From positions 1 to 40,214 of IMG/VR virus record IMGVR_UViG_3300030376_006444: a stretch of DNA of 40,214 bases; one strand, 5' to 3'. Below the pieces are notes generated by a model that saw only the letters and a program-made list of their open reading frames with translations, did no database searches and had not been told where the DNA came from. Of the stretch, positions 37,341 through 40,214 are shown one piece after another. The position numbers and the translations under genes were made by a program. Source of the DNA: a virus (Duplodnaviria > Caudoviricetes). How positions within the stretch are numbered: position 1 is the first letter of the stretch; every line of letters begins with the position of its first letter.

Positions 37341-37652
37341 TCAGGAAGCCATCGCCTGACGTAAGTCAGCGAAAGCATCCGAGTCGTCTCTGGCAGGCAA
37401 AGCGGATTGGGTGACAACCCAACCGTACTTTGTCGCCTTAGACTCGACCTTGCCTTGGAAATGACCAAAGAACTCAGCTATGAGTGACTTAGCCTCGTCT
37501 GCACGAGTCTCATCTTTAAGAAAGATGGACACGCCGACTGAGGTGTCAATCATGGCTTGACGTTCTTCGACAGAGTACTCGGCAAGAGGACGTTCGTTAA
37601 GCGTAACACGCTTGCCGAACTTCTCGCCAGAGATTCTGACTGTCATAGACAT
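37341..37652 (-). CDS. GC-rich hypothetical protein, first gene of the leftward arm
   Basis: Probable start MSMTVRISG; start uncertain because no SD is visible. Confidence 0.65.
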   Translation of the reverse strand: MSMTVRISGEKFGKRVTLNERPLAEYSVEERQAMIDTSVGVSIFLKDETRADEAKSLIAEFFGHFQGKVESKATKYGWVVTQSALPARDDSDAFADLRQAMAS

Positions 37653-38000
37653 AGGATACGGTAGGGGACGCCACGTAATTGTGAGAGCTGGGGACTGAAT
37701 TACTATTGAAAGTTGTCTTGATTCCTGGTTCATATACACAACAATCAACACACGTGAGTCTGCGTATCTGTGATACCTTCAGGATGTATCATTCCTGTGC
37801 GTAGCACGAAGATACATAATGAAGAAGACAGAGCGTGGGAGGATTGAGGTGTATTTGAACCGAATATTTCAACGTAATTCAGACCCCCCACACAATTCGC
37901 TGGCGGGGGTGGTTTACCTATATATCTCCCACACCCATTCTACATATAATTTTGAAAATTGACTTTTAAAGCCCCCTCACCGCAAAGGTAGTATTGCCAT

Positions 38001-38195
38001 ATGAAATTTCAACGCTGGAATGAAGAAAAACAGGTATTTGAATACGTAAAAGTCACTACTGAAGAGTATGAAGAATTGATACTAGGGTTTGGTATTGCTA
38101 AGGCTGAGATGGAAATAGAAGATTTAATTGAACTTATGAAAGATTATGATGACGACGTTTTGAAAAAATTTATTGATAATAAAGATTATGATTAA
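38001..38195 (+). CDS. Acidic hypothetical protein
   Basis: 64 aa, first gene of the rightward packaging arm. Confidence 0.6.
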   Translation: MKFQRWNEEKQVFEYVKVTTEEYEELILGFGIAKAEMEIEDLIELMKDYDDDVLKKFIDNKDYD

Positions 38196-38232
38196 AAAAC
38201 ACTTGCAAAGTTGCCCTCCGCAGTTGTTTTTT

Positions 38233-38370
38233 TTACATAATGTATACATAACGTTGTGTACACTACTATTAATTCTATATATACATTACGTAATGTATAC
38301 TAACGTAGTGTACACTATGGTACTGGACAAAAATGTCCACTTTTAGCCCATGAAATTGGACAATAATGTC
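38233..38370. repeat. Imperfect 32-33 bp direct repeat with embedded palindromes, plus two TGGACA-N4-TGTC boxes
   Basis: Repeat copies at 38233-38265 and 38286-38317; perfect 20-bp palindrome at 38280-38299; boxes at 38324-38339 and 38357-38370. Confidence 0.75.
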
Positions 38371-38616
38371 TCATTCAAGAAAGGGCATAAGCATCCTGAC
38401 GATAAAATTGTTTTTTATAAAGGTACGGCAATGACGTACTACGATTGGATGTTAATGGGCTTGCAGTTTTTCTTAAATGAAGAGCGTATATACCCTAGAC
38501 CACGATTTCAAGGTGGTTACTACCTATTAAAGGCATTCATAGAGATTTGTTTAAAGGGTAAGATGTGCCGTGATACGCTAAAAAAGTACAAAATACCTCA
38601 TGGATTTAATAACTAG
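38350..38616 (+). CDS. Hypothetical protein
   Basis: 88 aa, overlaps the next gene. Confidence 0.55.
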   Translation: MKLDNNVSFKKGHKHPDDKIVFYKGTAMTYYDWMLMGLQFFLNEERIYPRPRFQGGYYLLKAFIEICLKGKMCRDTLKKYKIPHGFNN

Positions 38617-39499
38617 ACGGCTAAAGGTCAATAATTGGAATGATGTTACCTATTTTGTGCATACAGAACAGGAAGCAATTGAAAGACAGTTAGAGTATAG
38701 CTACTGGAAAGACGCAAAAGCTGGTGATTTATGCATTTCTGACGATGGATACGTATCAGAATGCATCCAAAGGAACAAATATAAAGATGCGGAACAGATT
38801 GTAACTCCTTATGCCAGAATGTGGATTAGTGACCGAGCAAAATTAACTTATGAAAATCACCGAGATACGGGTGAATTTGGTCAATGTGGTACTTTGTCAT
38901 GGGAAGAGAGAGAAAGTCGCCAGACACGTGCAAAAAACGCCGTTAGTGCCTATGTGCAGATGATGATGACATCAGGAAAGATAGATTGGCACAAATTAGG
39001 CGAAATATACAGGAAAGACCAAGCCAAACCAGACCTCACAGCCAAAAGATTATTTAAAACGGAGACAATTAAACGTATGGTTGATAAAAAAATACAAGAA
39101 TACCTAGACGAAAGGGACATGAATCAGGGCGATGTGCTTGATATTATCTCTGAAGCTATTGAATTAGCAAAACAAAACGGAGACCCAAGCAATATGCTAC
39201 GTGGTGCAGAGCAGTATATACGTATTATGGATATGTTACCCAATAAAAGTCAGGTTACAGATACTGTACAGATTGATGTAACAAAAAAGATATTAGATGA
39301 GATTGAAACTGAAGAATCTCGACAATTAAAGCTAGAAAGACCAAACCCAAAAGAAAAAAGACACGTAATAATCGAAGCAAACGCTATTGATGCTAAAAAA
39401 TTAGAATCATTTATGCGTGTGATGCAGGATGTAGCTCAAGATATGGGCTTGAGAGCATATATGGACACTACAGAGTATTTAGTTGGCAAAGATTACTAA
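38600..39499 (+). CDS. terS: Probable terminase small subunit
   Basis: Directly upstream of and coupled (TAATG) to terL; helical region TAKRLFKTETIKRMVDKKIQE...VLDIISEAIELAKQNGD resembles TerS. Confidence 0.55.
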   Translation: MDLITRRLKVNNWNDVTYFVHTEQEAIERQLEYSYWKDAKAGDLCISDDGYVSECIQRNKYKDAEQIVTPYARMWISDRAKLTYENHRDTGEFGQCGTLSWEERESRQTRAKNAVSAYVQMMMTSGKIDWHKLGEIYRKDQAKPDLTAKRLFKTETIKRMVDKKIQEYLDERDMNQGDVLDIISEAIELAKQNGDPSNMLRGAEQYIRIMDMLPNKSQVTDTVQIDVTKKILDEIETEESRQLKLERPNPKEKRHVIIEANAIDAKKLESFMRVMQDVAQDMGLRAYMDTTEYLVGKDY

Positions 39500-40214
39500 T
39501 GGATAAGAAAAATCATAAAGAAGTACTGCGAAAGCTGAAAGACGACATGATGTTATTTGGAAAAGTGTGTATTCCCAATATGTTTTCAGCAAAATCTCCT
39601 GATTTTCATTATGATTTGACCAAACATATTACTAATCACAACAATAAGCAGATAAATATTATCGCACCTAGAGGTCATGCTAAGTCATCTATTGTAGGCG
39701 GTATCTTACCTATGCATCATTTATTTTTCGGTGAAGGTAAAAAATTAATTGTTTTGTGTTCGAGAACTCAAGACCACGCAGTAAAGCTATTGGGATTAAT
39801 AAAAGATACGCTGGATTATAGCGATTCTCTCAGGCAGTTGTTTGGATACTGGGGGTCTCATTCAGCGAAAAGCTGGGCAAAAACAGAAATTGAACTGAAG
39901 GATGGGTCTATGGTGCTGTGCAAAGGGACAGGTCAGCAGTTAAGAGGGATAAAAATAGGGAACCAGAGACCTACGCTCATCATCGTAGATGACCCAGAGG
40001 ATGAAAACAACACCAAAACAGCCGAGGCTATGGAATCTAACCTTAGATGGCTATTACAATCGGCTGTTCCTTCAGTCGACCCACGTAAAGGTCGAATTAT
40101 TGTTATTGGAACACCTCAGCATGAACGTTGCATGGTGGAAACATTAAAAGAGATGAAAGGGTGGAAAAACTTGTCGTATAAGCCTGATATAGAAAAGGGC
40201 GTTGCTTTATGGGA
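39499..40214 (+). CDS. terL: Terminase large subunit, 3'-truncated by the window (not in ORF track)
   Basis: Hand translation gives Walker A APRGHAKS, Walker B LIIVDDPE and coupling motif IGTP; the frame is open to the window end. Confidence 0.95.
   Translation, partial: MDKKNHKEVLRKLKDDMMLFGKVCIPNMFSAKSPDFHYDLTKHITNHNNKQINIIAPRGHAKSSIVGGILPMHHLFFGEGKKLIVLCSRTQDHAVKLLGLIKDTLDYSDSLRQLFGYWGSHSAKSWAKTEIELKDGSMVLCKGTGQQLRGIKIGNQRPTLIIVDDPEDENNTKTAEAMESNLRWLLQSAVPSVDPRKGRIIVIGTPQHERCMVETLKEMKGWKNLSYKPDIEKGVALW

Overview
AT-rich (roughly 35% GC by eye) tailed-phage genome segment with podovirus-like organisation and no host genes; the window cuts through a tail-fibre gene at the left and the terminase large subunit at the right. 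The + strand (1-26023) carries a repeat-rich tail fibre, small chaperone/membrane genes, an M15 endolysin, a metallophosphoesterase, a nozzle-like gene pair, putative ejection proteins, a 3157-aa giant protein, a 542-aa orphan, an attP-like tRNA-Val(GAC) 3' fragment and a tyrosine integrase. The - strand (26020-37652) carries a resolvase, a primase-polymerase/helicase fusion, SSB, a Sak-like recombinase, DUF932, a short histone-fold-like protein, a MazG-like protein and many tiny ORFs, interleaved with stem-closed structured non-coding elements and one divergent HTH-PAS regulator. The + strand from 38001 carries the terminase genes. Main result: the giant virion-module protein has an ordered set of two-barrel RNA polymerase motifs (DG...KG...SxxK...RxP...DxDGD). 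This points to a compact, apparently temperate phage that injects its own single-subunit RNA polymerase and may control lysogeny with a PAS-sensor regulator. All family calls come from reading motifs by eye; no searches were run.
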